From NCBI GenBank assembly GCA_964035545.1, contig OZ037771.1, forward strand, positions 14,817,133 through 14,881,132: DNA of 64,000 bases, written 5' to 3'. Below the pieces are notes generated by a model. It was not told the DNA's origin. It saw nothing but the letters and a program-made list of their open reading frames with translations, and ran no database searches. A program made the position numbers and the translations under genes. This DNA comes from Bugula neritina (taxonomy: Eukaryota; Animalia; Bryozoa). This document shows, in pieces, positions 24,604 to 39,085 of the stretch. How positions within the stretch are numbered: position 1 is the stretch's first letter; every line of letters starts with the position of its first letter.

Positions 24604-27600
24604 AGTGTCGGGTACCTTCAATACCCACCCAAACTAATGTAGTGTTAAAAGTGGTTTTATGCTCTATAAATGCTTCAAGTTTGAATCAAATTACTAAATT
24701 TTGAAGTCACTTTTAATTGAGCTTTGATAAATTCTACTTGCTTTCTTATATAGCTGCAATATGTTTTTAACTTTTATATACAAGTTCCTGCATCTGTATA
24801 GGAAAAGATATTTATGACAATTAGTCACACCCTTTTGAAGTTTGTATATCATTAGTTTGAATTTTGGTAACTCTGTAAATTTAGGTACTCTAAATTCTTA
24901 TTCTTAGGATTTCTGTTTTTAAATTTTGATTTTTTAAAGGACATATTTTTAGGGAAGCCCATACAAGATTTCCTGTGGCAATATGTGATTTATATTATAG
25001 TATGGCAATCTATTTATATACTAGTATGGCAATCTATTTATTTTTAATGACTTTCTTGTCAAGAAACACGCAATTTTTTAAATACCAACTCTTTTTATTA
25101 TAAACTATAGAAACTTCTGAATCTTTATGTTATTGATTCGCTCAATCCAAAGGCAAATTAAATTGCAATGCTTTAAGCTGTTTTATGCAATGCCATATCC
25201 CATAGCTGAGCAGAACTGTAATTTCACTTTTTCCAAATCATATATTTGCTAGACCAGCTGACTTATAAATATTTACCATTTTGTCATTCAAACATATTTT
25301 ATACTTAAACTGCATTTTAATAAGTTTTTCAATAATAATGTTTTCTGATAAAACAAAGGCAAAACGTTATGTCAGCAGCAAAAATTTATAACAAAATAAG
25401 TGCGTCATTAAATAATATTAGATATTAATATCTTGAAATACAACTTTTTTAGCAAAACTATATGAGGGATGGCAAAATTTTATATGATATATTTGCTTTT
25501 AAAAGATTAAAAAGACATAATCATTGAATTTTTGTTTGCTTTCAGTTTTATAAATACAATTTTGCTACACAATGACTTTTGCCTGGGCGAGTGAATGTTT
25601 AATTGCAGCCAACATTTGAAAAAAATATCTAAATGTAACCTCTGTACATTCAGGTAATGTTACCTGCCAGCATAAAATGATAGTAAATTATTGCTGCTTG
25701 TATAACAATAATATTTAATGGTTAAAATTAATGTATTGTATCATATAATATATAATCAATAATGTTTATTGTGTTGTGGTAAGTAAAATTTTGTCTCCCC
25801 TGAATGCATATATATTTTAAAAAATTTTAATAGTTTAGAGTTTTGAAGAAAATTGTAAGCCTTTTTGATATAAGTGCTGTATTGTTCATGTGTTACTGTA
25901 TCAAAGCATATATTAGCGAGTGCGAGCAACACATAGACGTATAGCATAAGAATATTACTTTTGCCAAATAATATCTAAGAGTTTATTGGCTGCTGCACGG
26001 CACCGCAAGGTGTTCGCAGGTGGTTATTTCTTAGTGTTTCTGCTCAAAAAGCACAAAACCGTGCTATATTAGTGTTACATATATATTATGGTGTATAGAT
26101 ATTCAGATTTCCCCTCAACTTGGGGCGAGGCAATTTAAGAGTAGGACATACTTTGGTGATAAAAATGAACTACCAAATAGTGTAAAACATAAAATAAAAT
26201 CTTTTTTCTCAGCTTTGCATTTAATTTACTGAATATGTTTAAACATAATTGATCAGAGTAATAACTAGAATAGGACGTCACATAATTTGATCGCTTTTTG
26301 TCATTCTGTTATGAATTATTATATTATAATTATTTATTATTACCATTATATTCACTATTCATATTACTGAAAGACAATGCAATGCGACAAATGTAGTATT
26401 ATTCTTTAATTATAGTAAGGATTAGATAATATTCAAGGTGATGATAATTTCTAGTTTTGATGTTTAAAAGAAGAAATAGCTTGTACTATAGCTAATAAGA
26501 ATAATAAAGGAAACATTCATTTCTAAATGTATTTTAAATTAGTTTTGCGTGATGTAAATCCAAGCTAAGACCTACATGAGAACATAGTTGAGTGTTTTAC
26601 AGATGCTCTGCTGCTTTTATATTTTATTTACTTAATGACTGGTCATTGCAAAAACTGATTAACAAGAGAAGACAACTGAAAGAAAGTTAGAGAAAATTGA
26701 AATAGCATTGGAAGTACTTATAGATAATAATTTAGATGCCTCTTGCAGCTGCAAGTTGGGACTTTACATGCATGCATAAGCTTTCCTTAATGAACGATAG
26801 CTTTTCACATATCTTCTCAGCTATATTATGCTTTTCCACTTTCATTATAGCTAAGACACAAAAGCTAACTTTTTTACTAATATAAAAACTCAGCAGTTTT
26901 TCACTTATTCACACTTGTACCTCACACCTGTACTTGTAACTTATAACTCATGAGATAACCTTTTTTGCACATTGCTTTTCTTTCAGTCTGCTATAACAAA
27001 TATTTATTTCAATACATCTAAAACACAGCATATTATACTGAGTCATTGATCACTGCTTTATATCTAATATTTGTAATAAACTATAATATAATATATAATA
27101 TAATATACAATAATATAATAAAACAATATATCTAATATATCTGATATAATATCTTAAATATATACGCATAAGTCACATTCTGTCAATCAAATGGCAAAGG
27201 TTACCTAAACAGCAGCATTTATTATACAAGTGCTGCCAATTATGTTTTGCAAGTTTGAAGCTTGAATTAACAAACTTCCATAGTCTATAAAAAAAATTTA
27301 TTTGCTTAAAAAATTATAAAAAGTAATAGCTTGCAAGTATTAAACTGTTTAGTAATAAATGCGCAAGTTTACGTTTGAAATCAAATTGTAAAGATTCTAC
27401 CGTTAAAGTGTGCAGCAAAACATTGAGTTTATATAAACTTTGTACAAAAAATAAGGACTAGAAATTATATTGCTTGTAACTGCATATAAATATGACAAAC
27501 TTTCTAACAGGAAAAAATTGCCAATTAAAAATATGATTGCTAAATTTAGAATTAAATATATGTTTGATCCACCAGTATTCATGTGTTACAGCTTATATAA

Positions 27601-28312
27601 ACGGAACAAATGACGTGTGTGTATATATATATATATGCTCATAATATATTTCTATAGTTTAAGTAATAAATGAAGCGGAGAGACCAACTGTGTTGCATCA
27701 CCAGCTGCATGGATTATTGAAACTAATTAATATTTTTTATCCGTTCACATGTTTGCATTGAGTAATCCTTTTACACTTGAGTCTCTCCACTTCACTGATG
27801 AATTGCCACACACCACACTGTTTACACTATATTCCAGCGTCATTTTATTTCTAACCACTAGTAATTGATACTCTGGTCTGTGATAAATCGCATTTTTGAG
27901 TGAAGTTTGTTTATCAAAAATTGAATTACTGCAAAATATCAATCTAAACTTCCGTTTGATTGACTAGCATTTTCTTGTCAAATAATATATCAGTTTATCA
28001 ACAACAATTACAATTATTTTGTAAAACATGTTTAATTTAGCTACATTTTCATTTTGAGTTTAATATCTGAAATAATTAAATTTAAATAATACAGGGTGAT
28101 ATAAGGTTATAATTAGTGAATATTGAATTACAGTATATAATTAGCTATATTATTGTGACCAACTACCATAATATATATGCTATATATGCATATGAAGGAG
28201 TCATACGATTACATAACTTTGTTATATATAATAATTGCAGCTCATACAATATGCGTAATAGATGGTTATAATATATAGCAATATAATGATGTTATAAAAT
28301 GTGCAATATATA

Positions 28313-28530
28313 GGGAGCAGCCGTGGTCTATAAGGTTAGAGTGTTTGCCTAGTAAACACAGGGTATATAGTGGGTTCAAGCCTGACAAAAGCCATTGGTA
28401 ATTGTTAGGAAGAGCTTCTAATCATAATTACTCCTGTGCCTCATTTAAATAAGTTCTTAGCTACTTTAACAAAAACCCTTTCTATATCAGGGGTTTCTCA
28501 CAGGGAAAGCGACTAAAAACTTGCGTGAGT
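28313..28530 (+). mobile_element. tRNA-derived SINE family 1 copy (most complete)
   Basis: gggagcagccgtggtctataaggttag A-box region, GGTTCAAGCC B-box, family core and tail aaacttgcgtgag. Confidence 0.8.
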
Positions 28531-31500
28531 ATATTATGGTGCTATATAAACATTTCTATTATGATAATTATAGAGCTAAGAACATTATTAGAGGTAAAAA
28601 ACACAGTTGTAAGCCTAATTCAAAATGGAAACGACTACAATACAGTATGAATTATATTGCATGCTAGCTGATAAACACAATAATATACATATCATACATG
28701 CATACTACAACAATTGCTCTTGTTAAATTAATACAGTGCTCTCAACCAGTTCAGCAATTTATGTGAGATATAAATTAGACAAATTAATGAAAATATATCT
28801 TGATCTAATTAAAATAGGATTCAACTTAATGCAATTTTTCATTCTAAACAGCTTTGTACAAAAAAGGTTTCATTAGATATTGCTATTTATTGTTGTTTGT
28901 TCAACAACTTATGATATTACTATAACTGCTGTCCAACAAAGAAGAAATCATAAAGGTTGTATATAATTTTTACAAACTCATTTCTTAAGAAGAATATGTA
29001 AAAGTGAATCAATATATTATTAAGGACAAGCAATTCTTTTGGGTTAAACCTATTTTACTAATCTTTCGTTCTTTAGGAAATAAGATTTCCTCGTAGATGA
29101 TGCAAATGTAAGATTAGGATTATTAATTCATAAGCTAATCCCGTCCTATAATCTACTTTTATTACCTCTTTCATTAATGAATGTGGCTACTCAACGCTAG
29201 CTCTAGCTGGTTGCTGGCAGATAACTTTGTTTGGAGAGCAAAGTAGTGCCACCATAATAATACTATGAACACATTTGACAACCAACGATTTTAAATGATT
29301 CAACAGTAGTTTAGCAGTTTAGATTTGAAGTGTGTTTATATACAAGTGTTTTGTTTTAATTTAGTCCCAATTGCTAGTTCAGAAAAAGTTTGATTGCTAT
29401 GTATTGATTGCTTTTGGCCCACAAGAAGTTATAGCTTAAAAGCACATTTGTGTCTCTTTACAAGTATTAACAAATTATATAAATTTGCAAAAGACAGGAA
29501 CATTTTTAATGAGCTGCATAAATTAATCTGAATTGAAATATCCTTTTTTTTAGCTCTGATAATTTAACTGCAACTTAAATACTAAAATTTTTATTGGATT
29601 TCTTACTAATGTTAATTAGCATTATAACACGAATTCTAGCTTGAAACAAGAGGGAAACAACCATTCTTCATGAAGTAATAGCAACTCTACAGAGATGGTG
29701 TAATGATTGAGAAGTATACTATGGAACTGTGTAATAAATAATCTGTAATGAACCAGTTTTTGCTTCAGTCGCCTGTTGAGGCTGTATAACTGTCATTAGT
29801 TTTACAATAAATTAAACAGCTGACTATATTGTTATATATAGCTAAGTTAATATATCTGCTTCGAAGTACTTTGACAAAGTGAATAATATTGCTTCAAATG
29901 AAATCAGTATAAAAACATATAGACTACAGAACATCAGTTTGAATAATATAATTGTATTTCCGTTTTATTTTTAAGCTAGTTTTATAGATAAGATTTAATC
30001 CCTATAATTTATAACTTAATTCAAAGTAAAATATACTTTGAGTGTACGCCATATATCTCCTTTCTCACATAGCAGAACCGGAATGATTTAATACGTTTCA
30101 GTTATTATTTAATCTTCAAACATTAGCTTGGCAACGTAGTCATTTAATCTGAATTTCATATTACTAAGGTATTTGTGGTTTGGCCCAAAGGAGCTTAGCT
30201 TATGGGATTGTGTCACATTAATCAATCTAATGAGCTATAATCAGTTGGCTTTCATCTCCATCCCTCCTTATTAATGATGCGAAGCGTTTGCCATTTCATC
30301 TCTTTTTCTTTATTACAATGTCAGCAGCAAATGAAATTTCTGTTGACTTCATTTTTCTAATAAAGTGCTTCACAAAGCTCAATAAAAAAATATGTTTATA
30401 TAAAAACTGAGAAAAACAGCTAAAATGTATCATAGGTGAGGATGTTATTGCGTAATGCTGACTTTTTGTTTACTATCAATTGTCAAAGATATATTAGATT
30501 CATAGATCTATGAACTATACAATGTCTACCAATTACAAGCATAAACATATTATTTTTCTAAAAAAAGATAATTGGACAAAATATGGCAATTTAAGACAAT
30601 TAAAACTTTAAACTTATAAATATAATCTTATAATAATTTGTACCAATTTCTGTCAGTCAACTCAACGTTGAAGAAACGTAGTGAAGAGGATATAAAGCAT
30701 TGTTATAATCACATAATACTCGTAGAAGCAAGTTGTTTATAGGAACGAGAAAAGCATTGTTGATACTAGTCATTGTCAGTATAGTCATGGAGTAATAAGG
30801 TTTTAGGGAGAGAAAAGTGGATCTAGAATTAATACTGTAAGGTACGGATAGTAGATTAGCCAAAGCGACACCTTATTAAACTGTTGGTATTCTATGCAGT
30901 TTATCCATATAAATGTGATGGGTGTAAACCAATTATACTAGTTAAATATATTACTACCTACGTCAATCCTGGTAAGAAGTTAATAGAAAATACATGGTTT
31001 GTAGCCATTGCCCCGGTGCTCTCAAACTATTTAATAAGTTGATAATCTATGTTCATAGAGATCAGTGGCATTAGAGACGATATTAAAAGATTTATTGTAA
31101 CATTAGTGGTCAATTTTTATTATAAGGTATTAACTATAACAGTCCTGAATAACAGCCTAGTACAGATGAAGAGAAACATCGCATACTTGAAGCTGTTTGT
31201 TGAAGTAAACAAACATTCACTGTATAACTGTCCCATAAAGTGCTTTTTGGGAGAAAAAGCTTTTGTTTATGTTACTATAGTGATCTAAGAATTGCTGATT
31301 TCTTTGAGTGTTTTAAGAATGTAAACTTTTAGAGCTATACATAATGTGTCGGTTACAGGAATAAACAATTTTTTCGCAATGACTGTTTTTATAATTTTAG
31401 GACATTGCTGTTTTAAAATTAGATATTATTTGCTGCCTCAATTTAGACACTATTTGATAATGCTTGTTTGTTTAACTATAACTGCATATTTCCTAAAGTT

Positions 31501-32689
31501 GGAGTTTTGCCAACTTCTGCTTTAAACTACCAAATATCTTTGAAACAGCTTTCTTTAAAATGTAGTTAATATATAACAGAAGGGGTCTTCCTTCTCAAAA
31601 GTTTACTATGTTATCTTTCTAAAATTAGGCCCCTACTTGGGGGTTATGTAATAATAAAAAAGCATCTCTTAGATGGTTTCTTTTAATTATTGTGCAACCT
31701 ATAGTTCTGTGCTGCGTTTATTAGGAAAAATATTATATTTCTAAATTTGCATAAAGTATAAGATAAGTAGCAATGCCATGTAAATTATGAAATATCACGC
31801 CTGAATGGTTGACAGTTTTTAAATTAAATTGAGAAATACCAGTGTTGCAAAATAGTTAGATTAGGCTTTGAGGTTGCTTAGTAGAACCTTTGTTGAGAGA
31901 AGTTTATTTGTTTTCTTAGCATCACATGTGTTTGGTTTATTGCATCTACTTCGGTGGTTTTAGACGATTTACTCTTTTAATCAGTTCTCATCTCATATTC
32001 CGTTACCTATCAATGAAATTGCACATGCTTTAATTTAAGCTTTGTGGTGCATATATTATCCTCCATGAAATTCTGTTTCTCTCTCATTCTCTCTCTGTCT
32101 CTGGGGTCACAGATCTTGTATTATTCTGATACATTTGAATAATGACAATGCTATCACAGTCATACCTTACTATTAATGTTATTTATCAGAGGCTATCAGG
32201 TAAAACATGTAGATTTCACCTCATTGTCTTGAGTCGTACCAAATCTGCTAGCTTAGGCAATCTCTTGGATTATCAGGATTATTATGATCAGGGATAATCC
32301 AGTGGCGCTATTCACGCTATTCCAGTGGCATTATTCATGTTCATCACTATTAAATGTCCTGTGCTAATACGTGACCTGATTTTACTACCACACAAATAGG
32401 TCAAATAATTCGAAAGATTTATTACAAAAGTAAACAGGTGGAAAACAGAATAATTGACTCACAAAATCTATCAACAACTGTAAGACTTCAATTTAAGAAA
32501 ATTTTTGACCAATTACATGTGTTTGGAATCTGTACAAGCTTAATTCCACCAAGTTTCAAATTTTCTAAAAGTTGCAGCAGTTTATTATTGTGCAGAGGTG
32601 GTTACATGGGTTAATTTACAAACATATATAGTGTTTATACTAATATCTCTGGTTGTTTGAAGCTGATTAATCACTGCTATTTAATGCTT

Positions 32690-32840
<151 letters not shown>

Positions 32841-33164
32841 TATAGCTTTCTTTGAGATAGAATAAGCAACTAATCAAAGCATAAATAATTAAATGAGCAG
32901 CGTGTATTTACATATTATTTTAATTAACTGCAAAAGAATTTTGTGAAGAGTTAGACACAGTTAAGTCCTGCATATTTTTTGCCTCAGAAATAATCCTATT
33001 TTACAAGAGATTCCCACAAATACTTGTGACAATGACACATAATATTTACCAAATTCTGTCATATCCAGTTATCGATTGATTTTTGATTGACCTAAGACAA
33101 ACACCATATCCGTGTGTTGATCAGCTTATTTGTTGCAAAAATAAAAAATGAGATGACTTGTGCA

Positions 33165-33171
33165 TATATAA
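33165..33171 (+). promoter_or_regulatory. TATA box of gene C
   Basis: TATATAA 60 nt upstream of the ATG at 33225; similar position in paralog D. Confidence 0.6.
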
Positions 33172-33224
33172 GCGAGGTTTGATCAGTGTTTTACATTAGT
33201 GCTAAGATTTCGAAGTACAGCAAA

Positions 33225-35689
33225 ATGGCACGCATATTGCTGGCGCTATCTTCATGTAAGTAAATTATCTTCTAGTCAAGTTGTTTATGTTTGCTGTCTC
33301 TAAGAGTTGCATACATCTGTCATTTATTACATGAACTATGGCTCTAGTATTGTGTATATTATACCATATGATAATGTTGTAGGCCTCTTATTATCTGTGC
33401 TGGTGCAAGAGGGCTCAGCTTACAGTAAGTTGAATAAAATCAATAAATTTTAATCTTCTTAAAATGATTTAGAGTTCATAATCCTGACAAGGCATGAAGT
33501 TTTTAAAATCACAAAGCAGCTGTGATGCTTTGTTAGCGCAGGCGTTCATAGATATGGTATTGCATGTGCACATATAGTATCACTGCATAGACATTCAAGA
33601 AACTACGTCTAATTACTAATAATTTGGTTGCAATGTTTGTTTATTATTTGTTTATTCTTATTTTTCCTAAACTGTGCAGCATAAAAATTCATTGCTAGGT
33701 GAAAGTGTTAATAGCTAAAGGTCTGTTAAGTTTGGAATGGGAGTCCATAACTCTTTGAAAAACTAAGACAATGTTCTCCACATATTTTAGTTGTGACTTG
33801 TCTCAATGTCCAGCCCTGCTTTACCTTCTATACTCGTGGATGCAGTTCTGCGAATGGCCATAGAAGGACTGTCTGTATGAGATATGATGCCACTCCAGAG
33901 TGCATTGCTGCCGGTGGACAAGCCGATTACCACTCTGGCACCCTTGAGACCCCAACTGGTGGCGTCTGCTATGCTAACGGTAATTCACAATATCATAATA
34001 TTCTGTGATCTTTTGTGAAACATCCTGCATACATTTATTATATTGCAAAACAGCCATAAAGAAACATCTTGGAGTATTTAAATGTGTTATAAGCTGTTGT
34101 CATATTGCTTTTTTGATGAAATAATAATTGTAATGACAGCAGTGAACTTTACAAAACTAAATAAAGATTTTTACTAAAAAACTTGCAGCACATTATACTG
34201 GTACTTTGTGGAAAATGTCAAAATTTTTGTCTGGGTGCAGTCTATATTCATACTAATGGCTGGGAATCATTTTACCATTTTTGAAACTAAAGGCGATTAT
34301 GAAGCTGGCTGATATTGCTACAGATGGCTCTACTTAAAATACAAAAGGTTCACCCCAACTAATTAATGGGGTACATATAGTCTTTAAAGTAATGCCTTTA
34401 TGATACTTTGCTCTACTCTTTATAGAACCCGACAGTTTAAACCCCCATCCAGACTATCTGGGAACTGGAAGTTTATTTCACAACGACAACTATGACATTA
34501 CTTACCCTATTAAGAATGGGGATGACATCTGCCACGAGTTTGAGGGTGGAACAGCAGTATTCGGAATACGAGATTTTGAGAGAACAACGGCCACCATCGC
34601 TAGTAATTTATAATTTGTGCTATTGAACTAAAAATATATTCATGATAAAATTTAACAAATTGCTTACTGATAAATTTCTTCAATTTTTTTATGACAGTCG
34701 CCAGTTTTCTAACACCTAGTGTGGTTTTTCAGATCATTCTTACAAAAAGAATGGATTTGACGTAACCTGCTCAGGCTACAAAAGCGTGTGTGACTCATTC
34801 TCAAACTTAGACTTGAAGGTCGAGGTCAAATACGAGGCGTGCTGCGATGGTTGCCAATACAGAAATGAAGGAAGCTGTTCCAAAACCTGTGGAACTGGGC
34901 AGCAGAAGCTTGTGTGTGACAAGCCAGGCTGCGGACACATGCATAAATTTGAAAGTTGCAACACACACGTGAGTTATTTTCAATATTAGCTGACTTTTAG
35001 TTAAAACGTTGTGCATGTGTGTGGGTTTTCTATAAATGAAACAATGCATTGGTTGGCTTGTTGTACTTTAAAGTCGTGTCCTTCTGGTGGAAACTGGTGC
35101 ACTTGGTCAAGTTGGGGTGATTGTTCTGTCACCTGTGGAGTTGGGAGGAGACTCAGAACAAGACAGGTTGGAAGTCATTGCAGTGGCCAGTCTTCTGTAG
35201 ATGAGGAAGCGTGTATTTTGCAAGTAAGACTAAATAGCTCTCTTCTATTTGTTTTAAAAAGCAAAAAGCTTTGTTTGTCATGAACTTAAATGTTTTTAAC
35301 CTTATATTCAAAACATTAAGTGTAAGATAATTTCAAAGTAAACTTGACTCGTGTTTAAAATAGCAAAAAGCAAGAGATATTAAGCACTGATTCTTGTGTT
35401 AAAGTCAATGAAAATCTGCTTAATTTATAACACTTGGTGCAGTCATATAGAAACTTTTGCTGTTAATTAAAGGAAACTTAGCACACATTTTATTAGTATA
35501 CAGCTGATAATGAATTGTAGGATAGTTGTCATGAGTTTATGTTATACTCTTCAGAGTACATGTCCCAACACGGGTAACCTTAGAAACAGAAGACGACAAC
35601 AAAGAAGGAGACGTAGGCTGGCTAGACTCAGAAACAAATGCAAACAGAAAAATAAGTCCTCAGCTAGATGCAAGAAATTAGGTTTTTAG
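33225..35689 (+). CDS. Gene C: secreted protein with Cys-rich N-terminal domain, two thrombospondin type-1 repeats and an Arg/Lys-rich tail, 319 aa, 7 exons
   Basis: Exons 33225-33255, 33383-33424, 33791-33979, 34426-34602, 34733-34968, 35074-35223, 35555-35689 (960 nt, open). Signal peptide MARILLALSSCLLLSVLVQEGSA. TSP1 motifs CSKTCGTG and WCTWSSWGDCSVTCGVGRRLRTR. Tail RNRRRQQRRRRRLARLRNKCKQKNKSSARCKKLGF*. Confidence 0.88.
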
Positions 35690-36216
35690 AAGCTGCCGGC
35701 AAACTCAAAATAAAGATTTGGATGGAATTTACAACAAAGTTGACGTAAAAACTTGTGAAATTTATTTTAAAAATTTGCAGTTAAAATAAGTCTGTCAAAT
35801 AATGTTTTTGCATGTATATCATTTTATGTGTTGTTTGAAGCATTATTTATATAGGCTATTTAAAAAACATATGGCTTAAAAATTATAATTTTCCTAAAAA
35901 CACTATAATTCATATAACTGCATTGATTATAAACTTGAGTTGTCTACAACTTAAACTAATGATATTGCAATACTGAAGACAACTTTTGATTATTTATTGG
36001 TATATTTTGATCATTCCAGATTAATAAAATGTCATATCAAAGAACTTTTACTCCATGGGTTCATACTATGATTGGTTGTTATAATAAACTACTGCAGCTT
36101 TATATAGCCAAGATAATATTATTTAAACAAGACCTTTGATACAAATAATATTCATATACCCTTAAAATATTATTCTAACTATGCCTAAAACAACAATTAT
36201 TATCTATACCTAAGTA

Positions 36217-36217
<1 letters not shown>

Positions 36218-36270
<53 letters not shown>

Positions 36271-36275
36271 GCACG

Positions 36276-36320
<45 letters not shown>
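36218..36320. repeat. (CA)n microsatellite with CACG interruptions
   Basis: Direct reading. Confidence 0.98.
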
Positions 36321-36323
<3 letters not shown>

Positions 36324-36631
36324 ACTTAAAAAGAGCAAAATCCACCGTTTATCCTATCCATTAATTAAAATAACAATTTATCAGGATACTTGGGTGCTCT
36401 TCAGTATCATATCCATAATCTGTTGCATATGCCACATGGCTAAACAATCTTAATAAACTGCATAAATAAAAGGTTAATAGACATTTATGAGTATAATCCC
36501 AACATGAGAGTAACCAAGCCAATGTGAGTGTATAAAATATGATTTGAAAATTATGAGTACAGTCATGAGTATTATAATGAATAATGGCCATTTTTAACTA
36601 GGTAAAAAGAACTCACAGAGGGGGGTTCACA

Positions 36632-36832
36632 GTCACTATCCCTGTGAGAAACCCCTTAAAGAAAAAGGTTTCTTCCCCCCCCCCAAGTGCACTAAATAAT
36701 TATTCATATGTAGCACAGAAACAATTATGACTGGATGCTCTTCCTAACATCACCAATAGCATTTACGGGCTCGAATCCACTACTTTGTGTTTACTAAGCC
36801 AGTGCTGTAACACCTAGATCACCTGTGTTCCT
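36632..36832 (-). mobile_element. tRNA-derived SINE family 1 copy
   Basis: caattatgactggatgctcttcctaacatcaccaat core and cactatccctgtgagaaacccc tail in reverse orientation. Confidence 0.75.
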
Positions 36833-37639
36833 CTAATGATATCAATTTAAGCTAGGTAATTTCGCAGGGATAGTATTTGTTGAATAAGCACAACAGCACT
36901 AAGCTAGCATGTATGCTGTGACTATATTGTTCATATATTGTTCAAGTAGTGCTTCAATTAGTTGAATAGTTTAGAATGAGATGTGTGACTACCGAAATAG
37001 CTAGAATTGCAAATGTAAATAACTTGTAACAGTTTTGTGTTTGTAGATTTCATAACATTGTTTCACGTTATTCGTGAATACTATAATGTAACCAAATGTT
37101 GAATAATGTTTCAGCACATATTCTATTAAATGACCCTATAGCATTGTTATGCATAGGAATTGATAACTTTAACATTTGTTAGTTTTATTATTTGTCACAA
37201 AAATATACAAAGTGTTTAAACTGTATCACTTGATATGTGATCATCATAACTTTTTATGTTAGGTTAAAAAAATCTTTTTAAGAGGTAAACCTAAAAATAG
37301 GGTAAAAACTTGCTAATAATATGCAATATTAGGAATTGTGATATGTTAGGAACACATTGAAAGCTATGAGCTATGTGTAGCTTACAACAAAAATTTCAAA
37401 AATAAAAATATTAGGTGAAGGGTCGCAATAAATGGTGAAAACATATATTGTTTAGCCGTTTTTTCTGTAAAATAAATTTAAAATCGCAAAAGTCAGGCCT
37501 GCCAATTAAGAAAAAGACGCAGTTAGTTCTAACAAAATACTACTACTTTCACCACCACCACTACCACCACCATCACTGTCGTCACCACTACGCCACAACT
37601 ACCACTACTGCTGCTAATGTTTTTAAAATTACAAAAAAC

Positions 37640-37765
37640 ATCAACTTGCTGTTTGACAGTTATAGCAGCAGTAGCATTAACAGTAATAGTAATAGTGCTA
37701 CTAGTACTACTCTTACTGTTACTGCTAATGCTACTGCTGCTATAACTGTCAAACAGCAAGTTGAT
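37640..37765. repeat. 126-bp near-perfect palindrome
   Basis: atcaacttgctgtttgacagttatagcagcagtagcatta... is the reverse complement of ...taatgctactgctgctataactgtcaaacagcaagttgat. Confidence 0.92.
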
Positions 37766-38256
37766 AATTTCCTTAAATTTATAAACTTTAACAACTTTTC
37801 ACAAGCTCTTAAAGTTTTCTTTAGGACAAATAGCAAAAGTTTTTATTACGATTGGTAAAGTAATTGATTCTTAAATTATTTATATTGTTGAAAAGTATAA
37901 CTAAGGAAAGATAAAACTATGGCAGGCTCCTAATGTTCATCGCATAGATTACATTGCATAGGTTTATAAACTTAGTTTTTATTTGGATGTTCATTTACCA
38001 CCACCATTTTTGACATACAGTTTCAAATTGTGAATAGTTGAAACTGGGTGATATAAGGTATGGCTAATTGGTAATTGTAACTATTAGTAACCTAACTTAA
38101 TTGCAACTGACTTTAAAGTTATCTCTCTTGCTTTTTAGTGTTCAAAAATATCATCCTGAGTATGTACCCAAATTTTCTTTTACTAAAAGTGGGACTTTCG
38201 ATTTAGCATTCTTTCATTTCTGGCACAAAGCTCACAGTAATGGATTTAAAGCTTAA

Positions 38257-38470
38257 GCAAGTTTATATTCACTATCTCTGCAAGAAACCCCTTGTGGAAA
38301 GGGTTTTTAAAGCAGTTTTCTAAATTGGCTAAATACTTGCTCATATATATGTAGCACAGGAGCAATTATGACTGGATGCTCTTCCTAACATCACTAATGG
38401 CTTATAGCGGGGTTCGAACCCACTATTTCCATTTTTGTTAAATAATACAGTCAAACACCTAAACTACGAG
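38257..38470 (-). mobile_element. tRNA-derived SINE family 1 copy
   Basis: gcacaggagcaattatgactggatgctcttcctaacatcac core, gggttcgaaccc B-box, tail gcaagtttatattcactatc. Confidence 0.75.
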
Positions 38471-39012
38471 TTAATGACTAGCACAATAAAAATAGACTCT
38501 CACTTGTTGCAAACCAAAATTTAATTAGTTTGTTTACACAGATCGAAAAAAAAAGTGGTGTGAGCATAAGATTATTTCATTGTTGGTTCATTAGGTAAGT
38601 TGTGATTTGTAATCTGTGCAGTTCTTCGAGCTTAAACAGAATTTATGCAAATGATATGTGCATGTTTCATTGGCAAAAACTGAATGGGACAAATTCTGAG
38701 CAAAATTAGCTCTTCAAAGAAATACAAATATGGTTTCGCTAAAAAAAGTTTAGGTTTTATCTTTACGTTATTGAATAGAGACAACCTGAAGTTATAATAA
38801 ATCTAATTGAAAAACATTTAAGAATGATGAAGCTGACGCAGTTGTAAGATAATTATATTTTCAATTTTATATTAGGCACTAAAAACTTTCAATGCCCTGA
38901 TTACTATCTAGTGCTCTAATAAACTTTGTTAATAGAAGTATTAAAACCATGGTTTGTTGGCGATATGCTATTAGATTTAGCAACGCTTGAATAGTTTGTA
39001 AGTTGAAAATTT

Positions 39013-39020
39013 TATATAAA
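39013..39020 (+). promoter_or_regulatory. TATA box of gene D
   Basis: TATATAAA 73 nt upstream of the ATG at 39086. Confidence 0.6.
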
Positions 39021-39085
39021 AGGAGGAATTGTAGTAGCTTTTAGTCACATCAGTGTTGTCTACAATCGGAGAAAGAAACATAAAG

